Assembly: GCA_038841535.1 (NCBI GenBank)
Contig: JAWBTQ010000005.1
Coordinates: forward strand, 27,242-91,241
Origin: Sulfolobales archaeon
Lineage (GTDB): Archaea; Thermoproteota; Thermoprotei_A; Sulfolobales; NBVN01
Direction of reading: 5' to 3'
DNA: 64,000 nucleotides
The notes beneath the pieces are model-generated. The model was not told the origin of the DNA and did no database searches. It saw nothing but the letters and a program-made list of their open reading frames with translations. Of this stretch, positions 20,337 to 30,363 are shown piece by piece (position 1 is the first letter of the stretch; each line of letters begins with the position of its first letter). Position numbers and translations under genes: made by a program.

Positions 20337-20402
20337 GGAGACTTATCTAAGTAAGTGCTATATCGAGTTAATTCGATAGCCTCACTAAATTACAGGGCAA
20401 CG

Positions 20403-20753
20403 CTAGGCTAACTTCTTTTTAGCTTCTTCTATGAGCCTTTTCTCGTAGCGGTTCTTCCACTCATCTTCAGTGATGCCCCTCCACTCTTCGACTAAAACGT
20501 CCCTTGCTTCCTTGTTCTTCATAAAGTAACTTATAGCGTAGCTACAGATGGGTAAGACCTTCAGACCATTGCTTTTAGCGTAGTCTACTACTTTCTCCAC
20601 AAGAACTCTAGCATAGCCCCTACCTCGGTGTGACTCTGGAACATAAGTCTCCAGTATCTTAAGTACACTGCCCTCGGTTTCAGTAGCTACATATGCCTTG
20701 CTGCTATCTTCTAGTTTAATATAGAACACCCCACCCGCCTTTTTGACCTCCAT
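20403..20753 (-). CDS. GNAT (YjdJ-like) N-acetyltransferase
   Basis: ETYVPESHRGRGYA and LKVLPICSY motifs. Confidence 0.85.
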   Translation of the reverse strand: MEVKKAGGVFYIKLEDSSKAYVATETEGSVLKILETYVPESHRGRGYARVLVEKVVDYAKSNGLKVLPICSYAISYFMKNKEARDVLVEEWRGITEDEWKNRYEKRLIEEAKKKLA

Positions 20754-20903
20754 ACTGTACCCCCAAAGAATCGAGCTTCATTCATAAATACCTATATTAC
20801 GCGCTTGTAGATATACTCGCAGCTTGCCTCACTAATGCGTAGCTCTAACTGGACTCACTTCGAGAAATATTTGTGGCTAACTGTAAGATCGCCGGTGCTC
20901 GAG

Positions 20904-22004
20904 ATGTTGAAATCTATCGAGTGGCTTGGGGATAGAGTGCGGTGGATCAATACTCTTAAGATCCCGTGGGATGAGGAAGTGATTGAATCAGGAGACCCAG
21001 AGAGAGTGGCTCAAGCTATTGAGAGAATGGAAATAAGGGGAGCACCAGCTATAGGGGTTGCTGCCGCACTTGCTGTTGCTTTAGTTGCTACTAAGTCTGA
21101 GACCGAGAGTCTAGAGGAACTAAAGAGTGAGCTACTATTCGCAGTACAGAGAATGAAGAGAACAAGACCGACCGCAGTCAACTTGTTCTGGGCTTTGGGG
21201 AGGGTGGAGTCAGTTATTAGAGCAGACTACTCAAGTGCTAGAGAGCTGAGAGAAGCTGTAGTTAGGGAAGCCCTCAACATATATGAAGAAGACATCGATG
21301 TGAATAAGAGGATGGCAGAGATAGGGTCTAAGCTCGTAGATGATGGTGAAACCATATTAACCCACTGTAATGCTGGTGCTCTAGCTACAGTTGCATACGG
21401 TACTGCTCTAGGTGTAATTAGGGCTGCGTGGGAATCTGGAAAGAGAGTTAAAGTTATAGCGACTGAGACTAGGCCCATGCTTCAAGGAGCTAGGCTAACC
21501 GTATGGGAGCTAATGAAGGAGGGAATTCCCGTGAAGCTCATAACAGACAACATGGTGGGTTACGTAATGAGCAGGGGGCTCGTATCGAAGGTTATCGTAG
21601 GAGCAGATAGGGTGATCCTACCAGGTTACGTAGTGAATAAAATCGGTACTTACACTATTGCCGTGCTGGCCGATAGGCATGGAGTACCCTTCTATGTAGC
21701 GGCACCGACTTCGACGATAGATTACGAAAGCAGGATCGAAGATGTCGTGATAGAAGAAAGGAACCCAGACGAGGTTAGGACGGTGCTATCGAAGTTCTAT
21801 GTAACACTTCCAAACGTAGATGTCCTTAATCCAGCGTTCGACATAACTCCACCAGAGTTAGTAACAGCAATCATAACCGAGAGGGGGATAGCTAGTAAAC
21901 CTCTTGAAGAGAGCTTACTTAGGCTAAGAGAAAGCACTAATACGCGCATCCAGTTTCACGCTTTAAAGCCCCAGCATATGGTACTTCGCTATATTGGGAA
22001 GTAA
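20904..22004 (+). CDS. mtnA: Methylthioribose-1-phosphate isomerase (aIF-2B family)
   Basis: IRGAPAIG, TRPTAVNLFWAL, THCNAGALAT, ETRPMLQGARLT, NKIGTY and NPAFDITP motifs; ATG 20904 preferred over track start 20835. Confidence 0.88.
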   Translation: MLKSIEWLGDRVRWINTLKIPWDEEVIESGDPERVAQAIERMEIRGAPAIGVAAALAVALVATKSETESLEELKSELLFAVQRMKRTRPTAVNLFWALGRVESVIRADYSSARELREAVVREALNIYEEDIDVNKRMAEIGSKLVDDGETILTHCNAGALATVAYGTALGVIRAAWESGKRVKVIATETRPMLQGARLTVWELMKEGIPVKLITDNMVGYVMSRGLVSKVIVGADRVILPGYVVNKIGTYTIAVLADRHGVPFYVAAPTSTIDYESRIEDVVIEERNPDEVRTVLSKFYVTLPNVDVLNPAFDITPPELVTAIITERGIASKPLEESLLRLRESTNTRIQFHALKPQHMVLRYIGK

Positions 22005-22060
22005 GCTTTATATACTTTGAGGTGATAAATTGAAGGATAAAGGTATAGGGTGGGCGACAC

Positions 22061-23380
22061 ATGAGTAGAAGACCCGCGAAGCCACATATGAATCTAGTGG
22101 TAATAGGGCACGTAGATCACGGAAAGAGTACTCTAGTAGGGCATCTGCTCCTATCTCTTGGAGCTATAGACCCCAAGACCGCGAAGGAAGTCGAGGAAGC
22201 AGCTAAGAAAGCTGGTAAGGAGTCAGAGAAGTTCGCATGGTTCTTAGACAGACTGAAGGAAGAGAGAGAAAGAGGGCTCACTATAGCACTCTCGTTCATG
22301 AGGTTCGAGACACCTAAGTACTACTGGACTATAATTGATGCCCCAGGACACAGAGATTTCGTTAAGAACATGATTACTGGGACTAGTCAGGCAGATGCAG
22401 CACTGTTAGTGGTATCAGCTAAAACAGGTGAGTTCGAAGCTGGCATGAGCCCCGAGGGGCAGACACGTGAGCACGCTATACTTGCTAGAACCATGGGCAT
22501 CGAGAACCTGATCGTCGCAGTCACGAAGATGGACATAACAGACCCTCCGTGGAGTGAGGCTAGGTATAAACAAGTCGTAGATGTAATGAAGAAGTTCCTC
22601 AGAACTCTAGGCTTTAGAGTTGACGAAATACCTTTCGTCCCCGCCTCCGGCTGGCTCGGAGACAACATAATGAACCAATCGAGTAACATGCCTTGGTATA
22701 AGGGACCAACACTAGTGCAGGCCTTAGACATGTCTAAAGAACCACCTAAGCCGATAGACAAGCCGCTCAGACTCCCGATACAGGAAGTTTACAGTATCTC
22801 GGGTGTCGGTACGGTACCTGTCGGTAGAGTTGAGACAGGTAGGTTGAGGGTAGGGGATAAAATAGTCTTCATGCCTCCTGGAGTTGTAGGTGATGTAAGG
22901 TCGATCGAGATGCACCATGAGAAACTAGATGAAGCCATACCTGGAGACAACATAGGGTTTAACGTGAGAGGCGTCTCTAAGGAGCAGGTTAAGAGGGGTG
23001 ACGTAGTAGGCCACCCAGATAAGCCGCCGACTGTAGTAGAAGAGTTTACTGCCAGAATATTCGTAATGTGGCATCCTTCGGCGATACACGTAGGTTACAC
23101 ACCAGTAATCCATGCGCACACTGCCTCAGTAGCTGCTAGAATTGTGGAAATAATCGGTAGGCTCGATCCTAAGACGGGTCAGATAGTAGAGAAGAACCCA
23201 CAGTTCATTAAGGCAGGTGAGTCAGCTCTAGTGAAGTTCAAGCCGATTAAGCCTATGGTAGTAGAGAAGTATGGCGACTTCCCGCAGCTAGGCAGGTTCG
23301 CAATGAGAGACATGGGGAAGACTGTAGGTATTGGCACTATCATAGACGTAGTTCCAGCAAAGGTAGAACTAAAATCATAG
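22061..23380 (+). CDS. tuf: Elongation factor 1-alpha
   Basis: GHVDHGKST, ERERGLTI, DAPGHRDFVKNMITG and LGRFAMRDMG motifs. Confidence 0.99.
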   Translation: MSRRPAKPHMNLVVIGHVDHGKSTLVGHLLLSLGAIDPKTAKEVEEAAKKAGKESEKFAWFLDRLKEERERGLTIALSFMRFETPKYYWTIIDAPGHRDFVKNMITGTSQADAALLVVSAKTGEFEAGMSPEGQTREHAILARTMGIENLIVAVTKMDITDPPWSEARYKQVVDVMKKFLRTLGFRVDEIPFVPASGWLGDNIMNQSSNMPWYKGPTLVQALDMSKEPPKPIDKPLRLPIQEVYSISGVGTVPVGRVETGRLRVGDKIVFMPPGVVGDVRSIEMHHEKLDEAIPGDNIGFNVRGVSKEQVKRGDVVGHPDKPPTVVEEFTARIFVMWHPSAIHVGYTPVIHAHTASVAARIVEIIGRLDPKTGQIVEKNPQFIKAGESALVKFKPIKPMVVEKYGDFPQLGRFAMRDMGKTVGIGTIIDVVPAKVELKS

Positions 23381-23413
23381 CGGTAGCGACAGTCAAACAT
23401 AGGGTTATAACTA

Positions 23414-23722
23414 ATGACTAAAGTAAGGATAAGGCTTTGGAGTGTTAACGTATTGCATCTAAACCAGGTAGCAGAGCAAATAGTGGACCACGCAAAGAAG
23501 CTAGGAGTTAGAATATCCGGTCCCGTCCCTCTACCGACGAAGAGGCTAGTAGTACCTGTCCTAGTGCCACCCCACGGTGAGGGAACTAAGGTCTACGAGA
23601 AGTGGGAAATGAGGATACACAAGAGATTAATAGACGTAGAAGCAGACGAAAAGTTTATGAGGCAGATAATGAGGATAAGAGTGCCGGACGACGTGTACAT
23701 AGAGATAGAAGTCCTTAAGTAA
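23414..23722 (+). CDS. rpsJ: 30S ribosomal protein uS10
   Basis: [10 protein letters not shown] and [12 protein letters not shown] motifs; follows tuf. Confidence 0.97.
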   Translation: MTKVRIRLWSVNVLHLNQVAEQIVDHAKKLGVRISGPVPLPTKRLVVPVLVPPHGEGTKVYEKWEMRIHKRLIDVEADEKFMRQIMRIRVPDDVYIEIEVLK

Positions 23723-23787
23723 CCTTAGGTAATCACCGCATCACGCTTTTTAAAATATTTAAGAGTAGTTGATATCAAGTTCTTGGC

Positions 23788-23872
23788 GCCGGGGTGCCCG
23801 AGCGGTCTAAGGGGCCGGCCTGGAGAGCCGGTGGGCTAACCGCCCACGCGGGTTCGAATCCCGCCCCCGGCG
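23788..23872 (+). tRNA. tRNA-Ser(GGA)
   Basis: GCCGGGG/CCCCGGC-G acceptor; CCGGC-CT-GGA-GA-GCCGG anticodon arm; long variable arm; GCGGG-TTCGAAT-CCCGC T arm. Confidence 0.96.
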
Positions 23873-23975
23873 TCACTCCCATGCGTAGTGATGGTTTATA
23901 AGTCATTGTTTCACACCGCTCCCATACACCATGAAACGATTTAATAATGTTGCTATATGATAATACTAGGAGATA

Positions 23976-24520
23976 ATGGATAATGTTAGGAGTGTGGACG
24001 TGAAGCCTTGGTACGATGGACTGAACCTCGAAGGATTGAGTGATACAGACAGGGTTAAGATACTTCAGTACGTAGTGGATAAGCACGGTATGGGGAGAGT
24101 GCAGGAGGTTCTCAAGGTGATCAGGATCACTATGTGGAGGCTTCTGAACGGGAAGTCCAGGCTGGACGATGAGAGGCTGAAGCTTCTCCTCACCATGATC
24201 ACAGAGGAAGAGTTTAGGAAGGTGTTAGAGGCTAGGAAGGTGCTGGAGGCGGCGGGCTAGTCAGAGATGGATACGTAGACTACACGCTAGCGCTAGAGGT
24301 CATGAAGCTCGTCCTCAGGGACGAGTACCTAAGAAACCTAATACTGAGGTACGTCGTGGACACATATAGAGAAGACCTGAGGAAACTACTAGGGCTGAGC
24401 TTCGCAGGCATAAAGCTTGAGTGGAGTGAGGACTTCGAGAACTTCCTATCGGAGAGGAAGAAGCGTGGGAAGGTCAGGGACCCGGAGACGATAAGCTACT
24501 ACAGAAGCCTCTTCAAGAAG
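23976..24520 (+). pseudogene. Truncated, frameshifted archaeal integrase (N-terminal HTH portion)
   Basis: Track ORFs 23976..24260 and 24302..24631 join via a single 1-bp frameshift near 24256 (...EAAG/LVRDGYVDYTLALEVMKL...); resembles N-termini of tRNA-adjacent crenarchaeal integrases; integrase-like sequence stops at YYRSLFKK with no catalytic domain. Confidence 0.7.
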
Positions 24521-24870
24521 ATGCAAGCAGGTGGGAGAGCTGTGGAGATGTCCAGCCAAGAGATCATAACGCTCGGCTACAGGATAGCCTGTTTGCCACT
24601 AGTGTTCTTTTTGAAAGCTTTCTGTAGATAGTTCTTCACAGTGTTCTACCGCTTCTCTTCCTCCTGCTTTTTTAGGTTCTTACTCTTCTTAACAATGTCC
24701 TCTTACCTAAAATTCTCGACAATGTGAACAGCTTTGGGAAACATAATGGTTGTTTGTTTAACGAACTCGTTTATGAAATCCCCCTCCCTGTTTCTTTCTC
24801 ATCTAGCGTACTTCTTGAATAGAACTGTCGTCTCGGATGCTGTGGTTGATGTGCTCTCGGAAAGACCCTA
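24521..24870 (-). pseudogene. Decayed ORF remnant of unknown family
   Basis: Protein-like frame (VLFKKYAR*ERNREGDFINEFVKQTTIMFPKAVHIVENFR*EDIVKK...) broken by four in-frame stops. Confidence 0.4.
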
Positions 24871-25005
24871 CAAAATTTTTAGATATTATATACGCTAACA
24901 TTAGCGTGGGAGACACACGCATGCTCTTAAAGAGTGAGAGCTTCCTGTTGCATCCTTGTGCTATGAATGGAAAACAGCGAATGGGTATAATGAGGAGGGT
25001 GTGAG

Positions 25006-28000
25006 GTGTCGAAGATGTATGTTTATGAGAATGAGTTAAACGTGAGAATGGCTAGTGTTCTCAGCGAGAGCTTTGGTCTTGACTGTAGAGCAGAGAGAGT
25101 GAGTCGCAGAGCTAGGTCAGATATTAGGTGTTTCTACAGCGGGTTTAGAATCGTTATTGAAGCCTCTTATAATAGGAGTGACGCAGAAAAAGATGCCAAT
25201 AAGAGGGTCGAGGACGGTTTAGCAGATATCGCTATAGCACTCCACTACCCTGAGAGGTACCCGGATATCCCAGAGGAGGAGTTGAAGAAGAGGCTTCGGG
25301 AGTCGGTATTCAACGCCATGATAGTAGTCCCGAGAGAGGTAAGAAACCTTGAGAAGTATGTTCTAAGGAAAACGAGAGTCGCAAAACCTGTTGGCGGATG
25401 GTTCGACAACATCAAGCTCGGGGACCTGGTAGACATCGTCAAGCACTCCGTATCCTACCTGCTTGAGGAAGCCGAGGTTGAGCAAGAGGTTGAAGAGGCG
25501 AAGAAGTGTATAAGCGAGTTCACCAAAACCGCCAACAGTCTCCAGGGAAGCGATAAGCTCAGAGAGGAAATAGCTGAGGTGCTCTACAAGCTCTACGGCT
25601 TCGAGGTAGCAGAGGCGAGAGATGCTGAAGTAATGTTTGGTCAAGTAGCGCTCTCGGTCCTCCTATCCTCCATTCTCTACGAGCGGGTAAGGCACTTTCA
25701 CGGCATTAAACCCTTAGCGGACTACGTTAAACGACATGGTCCTATAAACGGGCTTCGAGAAGCATTCAACTCCCTCCTAAAGGTAGACTACGAGCCCGCG
25801 CTAACCTTTACAGTAGAGATCCTAGGCAAGCTCCCACCGCATCTTAGCCCTCAGGTCGGCAACATAGTTGACTTAGCGCTGCGGATATCCGAGATGACTA
25901 GCCTCCTGGCAAGAGACTTCGCTGGCAGAGTTTACCACGAGATAGTAGGCGACATCGCTGTTAGAAAGGGCTTCGCAACTTTTTACACTGAGATACCTGC
26001 CGCATATATGCTCTCGAATCTAGCTATCAAGACGCTTCTGGATGTGAGCGATATCAAGAAGCTGGATAAGGACCAGTCTAACGCAATCATCAACTCGCTA
26101 TGTAGACTAAAGGTAGCGGATTTCGCTTGTGGGAGCGGAACACTACTAACAGCCTCGCTCTACAACGCGTCAAGACTAGCAAGAAACATATGCTTTCTGC
26201 GTGACCTCGAGTGCTCGTGTAGAGAAATAGAAGGAGATAAGAAGAGTTCAGCCAGTATCGAGAAGACACTGGTAGAGAGAGGTATATATGGACTCGACGC
26301 TCTTAGGTATGCTACCCAGGTATCAGCGTTGAACCTCGCGCTCATGATTCCAGAGAGCATCACCAGAGAGAACATAGCAACCGTGTACCTAGGTGTTATG
26401 CCAAATATGAACGCATGGCTTGGTTCACTCGAGCTCCTAGATAACGTTAAAACGTTTGGGGGACTGCTTGGGTGGATTGAAAGCGGATTGGAGGGAGCAG
26501 TAGAGACGGTATCAGCAACTAGAGTTGTAAGTGGAAGCATAGAGCTTCTCGACAAGTACGATATAGTCATAATGAACCCGCCGTTCACTAGAGCGACCGG
26601 GAGAGTCGGCAAAGAGTTCGAAGAGGAGAGGAAAGGGCTCTTCGGCTTCATAGCGGACGAGAAAAACAGGAAGATTCTTAAGGAGAGATACGATAAAATC
26701 CGCGAGAGAGTGAGAAGCGACCTCATGAAGATAGCCAGAGAGCTCGTGGGGAAGGAGCCAGTTCTACAGTTCTACAGGATGCTCTTACTGGAGCTCGGAA
26801 AGAAGAAAGAGGAAAGTGATACTGGTTTAGACCAGTACCTCAGTATAGGGCAGGCTGGTGAGGGTCTTCTCTTCCTCTACCTAGCCTACAGGTACGTTAG
26901 TCCAGGCGGGGTAATAGCCTTCGTACTACCGAGAAACCTTCTTTCGGGTATATCCTGGTTCTTGGCGAGAACGCTCCTAGCGGGCAAGTTCCATCTTAGA
27001 TACGTCATTGTTAGTAGCGATGCCAAGAAAGGCTATAACTTCTCGGAGAACACTAGCTTAAGCGAGTGCTTGATCGTCGCCAAGAGAACAGATGAACATA
27101 GACCAGACGAGGAAACAGTGTTCATCAACCTGCTCAGGAAACCGAAATCAGCCCTAGAGGCTATACTGCTATCAGAGAAGATACTGCTATCCGAGGATGC
27201 GCTAAGGGTAAGTGGTGGTAAGAAAGAGGGATTAGTAGAGCTAAGCAGTGGCGCTACGTGCGTTGTCCAGAGAGTTCCTAGACGGATGCTCCTGGAGAAC
27301 ATAGATAACTGGAACAAGCTGGTCTTCCTTCCGGAGCCGGAGGTCGTGGACATCGGTTTGAGTGTTCTGAAGGGAGACCTCGGAGTCATGGACGTAAGGG
27401 TTCCGGTAGCTAGACTAAATGAGCTCATAGCCAGCATAGGCATAGATAGTCCTCAGTTCCACGATAACTTCAACCGTACCAGCACGGAAACTCCTTATCC
27501 AATAGTATACGGAGGCGAAGAGGAGATCAGAGAAAAAATGCTCGTAAAGCCAAACGCGTACGCTACCTGTAAACCCGATAGAGCCCGAAAGATCTACGAA
27601 AAGTTCGCAGGTAGAGTACTGTTGCCGGATAGAATATGGCTAGATACCGCTCATGTCATAGCATTGTTCTCGGAGACTCCAGTTCTCTCCAACATATTCT
27701 ACGCTGTTAGACTGAAGAAGCCCGGAGTGGAGGCCGAGAAGGCTCTCGTCTACTGGCTCAACACCACCTGGGGTCTACTATCAGTTGTCGCGAGCAGGGA
27801 AGAAACAAGAGGACGGTGGATGCGCTTAAAGAAGGCTCAGTGGAGGATGCTACCCGTACTAGACGTGAGCAAGCTAGACGACGAGGCTCTCGAAAGACTC
27901 TCAAACGCCTTCAATACTTTATGCGGTGCTAAACCTAGAAGGATAGTAGAGCAGTTCTCCACAGACCCCGAAAAGGTGGACCCCGTGAGGCTAAGATTTG

Positions 28001-28146
28001 ACCTCGAGTTCCTGAAAGCCTTCGACCCAAGCATAGACGAGAACGAGGCTAAGAAGAAGCTTTACGAAATCTACAAGAGAATAGCTGTAGCACTAAAGCG
28101 ATGGACTGAAGAATCCAACAGTGAGATGAGGAAAGAGAAGCGCTAA
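25006..28146 (+). CDS. Single-chain type IIG/IIL-like restriction-modification enzyme
   Basis: N-terminal SDIRC...IVIEAS nuclease-like motif; FATFYT; motif I DFACGSGTLL; motif IV IMNPPF; AFVLP; C-terminal target-recognition region with YWLNTTWG. Confidence 0.85.
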   Translation: MSKMYVYENELNVRMASVLSESFGLDCRAERVSRRARSDIRCFYSGFRIVIEASYNRSDAEKDANKRVEDGLADIAIALHYPERYPDIPEEELKKRLRESVFNAMIVVPREVRNLEKYVLRKTRVAKPVGGWFDNIKLGDLVDIVKHSVSYLLEEAEVEQEVEEAKKCISEFTKTANSLQGSDKLREEIAEVLYKLYGFEVAEARDAEVMFGQVALSVLLSSILYERVRHFHGIKPLADYVKRHGPINGLREAFNSLLKVDYEPALTFTVEILGKLPPHLSPQVGNIVDLALRISEMTSLLARDFAGRVYHEIVGDIAVRKGFATFYTEIPAAYMLSNLAIKTLLDVSDIKKLDKDQSNAIINSLCRLKVADFACGSGTLLTASLYNASRLARNICFLRDLECSCREIEGDKKSSASIEKTLVERGIYGLDALRYATQVSALNLALMIPESITRENIATVYLGVMPNMNAWLGSLELLDNVKTFGGLLGWIESGLEGAVETVSATRVVSGSIELLDKYDIVIMNPPFTRATGRVGKEFEEERKGLFGFIADEKNRKILKERYDKIRERVRSDLMKIARELVGKEPVLQFYRMLLLELGKKKEESDTGLDQYLSIGQAGEGLLFLYLAYRYVSPGGVIAFVLPRNLLSGISWFLARTLLAGKFHLRYVIVSSDAKKGYNFSENTSLSECLIVAKRTDEHRPDEETVFINLLRKPKSALEAILLSEKILLSEDALRVSGGKKEGLVELSSGATCVVQRVPRRMLLENIDNWNKLVFLPEPEVVDIGLSVLKGDLGVMDVRVPVARLNELIASIGIDSPQFHDNFNRTSTETPYPIVYGGEEEIREKMLVKPNAYATCKPDRARKIYEKFAGRVLLPDRIWLDTAHVIALFSETPVLSNIFYAVRLKKPGVEAEKALVYWLNTTWGLLSVVASREETRGRWMRLKKAQWRMLPVLDVSKLDDEALERLSNAFNTLCGAKPRRIVEQFSTDPEKVDPVRLRFDLEFLKAFDPSIDENEAKKKLYEIYKRIAVALKRWTEESNSEMRKEKR

Positions 28147-28529
28147 GGTGTTGATTCATTGGCAATGTTTTTGGTCATGAAACGTAGTTTTAGTGGAATT
28201 TGATTTTGATACAGGTTGTGTAACATCATTCTATACTATTATACTATCACTAAACGTAATTTACCTTGCAGACCATACCTATTCAGCGGAAAAGACTTCT
28301 TTGAGTAGAACGCTCATGGTGTTAAGAGTGCGTCTCTAAAGAGCGTTGCGGAGATAATTGCGTATTTGGGGATTGTTCCCCGGGGCTACCTTGTAAACAT
28401 CTTTGTTAGGAGGGCTAGAGCTGAGGAACCTAACCTAAGGATGTTACTGGTAACGGAAGTATATAGGTCAAAACAGTACTAGTTATTTTGACCCCTACTA
28501 ACGGTCCAGGTTGAAAACGCCCAATTCCG

Positions 28530-28845
28530 GTCAGAATCAGACCATGATTTGTCTGGCACAGTACCTGGGCTGACCTGATCGTTCGGGTTCTCGAATCCGA
28601 GAAATTTTTGTTTTGGTGACTCAATCAGACATGTTGGTAAATGTTAACTTTACATACCTTTATTTTTTAAAGCGTTTCTTTCATATACCTTTTGACCATG
28701 TTTCATTTATTTACCTTTTACAAAAGGTAAATGAAAGAAACATGTAAGTCATGTGGGTCCGGAACCATCAGACTCACCCGAGCAAGAGGTATATAAATCT
28801 TTCATATACACTTTGATTTAGACCGCATATAAAAGAAACAATACT
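28530..28845. repeat. Cluster of direct and inverted repeats (iteron/operator-like)
   Basis: 23-bp inverted repeat 28697-28719 / 28722-28744 (2 mismatches); related copies of GTTTCTTTCATWTACCTTTT at 28674, 28798 and reversed at 28826; ATCAGAC three times. Confidence 0.7.
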
Positions 28846-28890
28846 ACATCGGATTAAAACGTAAATAAAAGTAACCATAGTTGAATCAAT

Positions 28891-29391
28891 TTAAAACTTC
28901 AAGTCGCGAATAGACCCCCTCACAAGTACCAAGAGAAACTTTTTGATCTCTTCCAATCCCTCAATAAGGTAAACCTTCACGAGTGCTCTATCCCTTAATT
29001 GAAGGTCTAGTAGCGGTGGAAGAATATACATATCCAAACTAGTGAACACGCCACCCCCCTCAAAATACACCAACCCACAGAGGTTACCCAGAAACCATGG
29101 AGAGGACCACCGACCTCCCCCCCAAGGTATTCGTACTCTACCCCACCGCTCTCCAAAACCCTCCTAACCCTCCTCAACCCCTAATCACAACCTCGGGAAC
29201 ACGACGAACAACGATCCTCTTGGAGAACCATAATAACAAAGAATCGAACTACACCTAGGAAGCTGAGGAAGAATCCCAACCTCATCCAAAGAAAGGAAAA
29301 CCTCGGAAGGGACATACACCACCTCCCAACCATCAAAAACACGATAAAGAATTACATAGGTAGATGGAAAACCGCCATAACCAAGGTGCAT
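28891..29391 (-). pseudogene. Fragmented orphan coding sequence
   Basis: Short overlapping frames (track ORFs 29185..29391 and 28891..29073 plus an intervening LRRVRRVLESGGVEYEYLGG frame) with the same G/T skew as the upstream ORFs. Confidence 0.4.
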
Positions 29392-29803
29392 ACACGGGAA
29401 TCGTACTCCTAACTTTCCTAACCACCTTAACCCCCATCCCCACCAACCTTATAAACGCCGACAACCACTGCCATCCCCTTATGAGACCCACTAATGAACT
29501 AAAACCCCCAATAACTCCATTATCTTGATCATCCTCCACATCCCAACCCCCAAGAAAACCATACCTCCGGTGCAGAACATAACTATTGAGAGAACTGAAC
29601 ATATCCCCCATCGTGATGAAGGGAATATTGGAAACAGTAACCACGGTAATCCTCCCATTCCTATCATAACGAACAATAAATCTGTTAGATATATGATTCC
29701 AAGGAAAATGGTGAACCCCACTCTTACCGATTTCGTAAAGCTTTATTCCGAGTTGATTATCAACAACCTGGAGTATGAAAATCCCACATACACTATAATT
29801 CAT
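29333..29803 (-). CDS. Orphan hypothetical protein (possibly mobile-element derived)
   Basis: 156 aa; ATGA start/stop overlap with the upstream ORF. Confidence 0.5.
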   Translation of the reverse strand: MNYSVCGIFILQVVDNQLGIKLYEIGKSGVHHFPWNHISNRFIVRYDRNGRITVVTVSNIPFITMGDMFSSLNSYVLHRRYGFLGGWDVEDDQDNGVIGGFSSLVGLIRGWQWLSAFIRLVGMGVKVVRKVRSTIPVYAPWLWRFSIYLCNSLSCF

Positions 29804-30363
29804 GGACTGAAGAATGTTTTCAAGAGATCTAACTGTAACCCACCCATTTTTAATGTCTTCAACCTCATCAACAACCTTAACAACCTTTCGGGTATTGTTC
29901 CATTCTTACCCGCCAACTCTTTAAGATTCTCTTTATCATAAATGTACGGTATTTTATCGATGTCCCTAAATCTCACAACAACCCTAGTATTCCCTCCACA
30001 CTTTCTAACTACTATGAATTTCCTCTCATCTCTATGGAGATACTCTAGTAGATCCCTAGAAACAAGAACATCAATCATCCTGAAACCGCTAAGAACAATA
30101 CCCGGATACCTATAGTAGGCACCTCTCCTAGTCCTTATCTCCCGTCTAGAACCATACACCTCAAAATACAAAATGCTTCGCATCTCTTGAGAGTAAAGAT
30201 TCTTAGAGTAACTCTCACCAACACTAAAACTTGAATTCCAGACATCACCAGCATTAATTCGGTTAGCAGACCTCTTTGCCCAACCCTTCAGCTTCTTCCT
30301 CCTCACCCTCCACCTCCTAAACAAAACCCTCTTCAACATCACTAGGTACTCTAGTGCGGACAT
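29800..30363 (-). CDS. Orphan basic hypothetical protein (possibly mobile-element derived)
   Basis: 187 aa, R/K-rich; GTGA RBS and TTTAAAAA box upstream. Confidence 0.6.
   Translation of the reverse strand: MSALEYLVMLKRVLFRRWRVRRKKLKGWAKRSANRINAGDVWNSSFSVGESYSKNLYSQEMRSILYFEVYGSRREIRTRRGAYYRYPGIVLSGFRMIDVLVSRDLLEYLHRDERKFIVVRKCGGNTRVVVRFRDIDKIPYIYDKENLKELAGKNGTIPERLLRLLMRLKTLKMGGLQLDLLKTFFSP

Noticed and set aside
27163-27198. 18-bp tandem duplication in the R-M gene (ILLSEK-ILLSED)
   Set aside because: In-frame with two copies only; no sign of a phase-variable tract.
28583-28600. T-arm-like TCGGGTTCTCGAATCCGA as attR of the tRNA-Ser island
   Set aside because: It has a 2-nt insertion and no flanking identity to the tRNA acceptor stem; too short to support.
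28630-28845. CRISPR array or Cdc6 ORB origin
   Set aside because: Mixed orientation, irregular spacing, no unique spacers and no ORB consensus.
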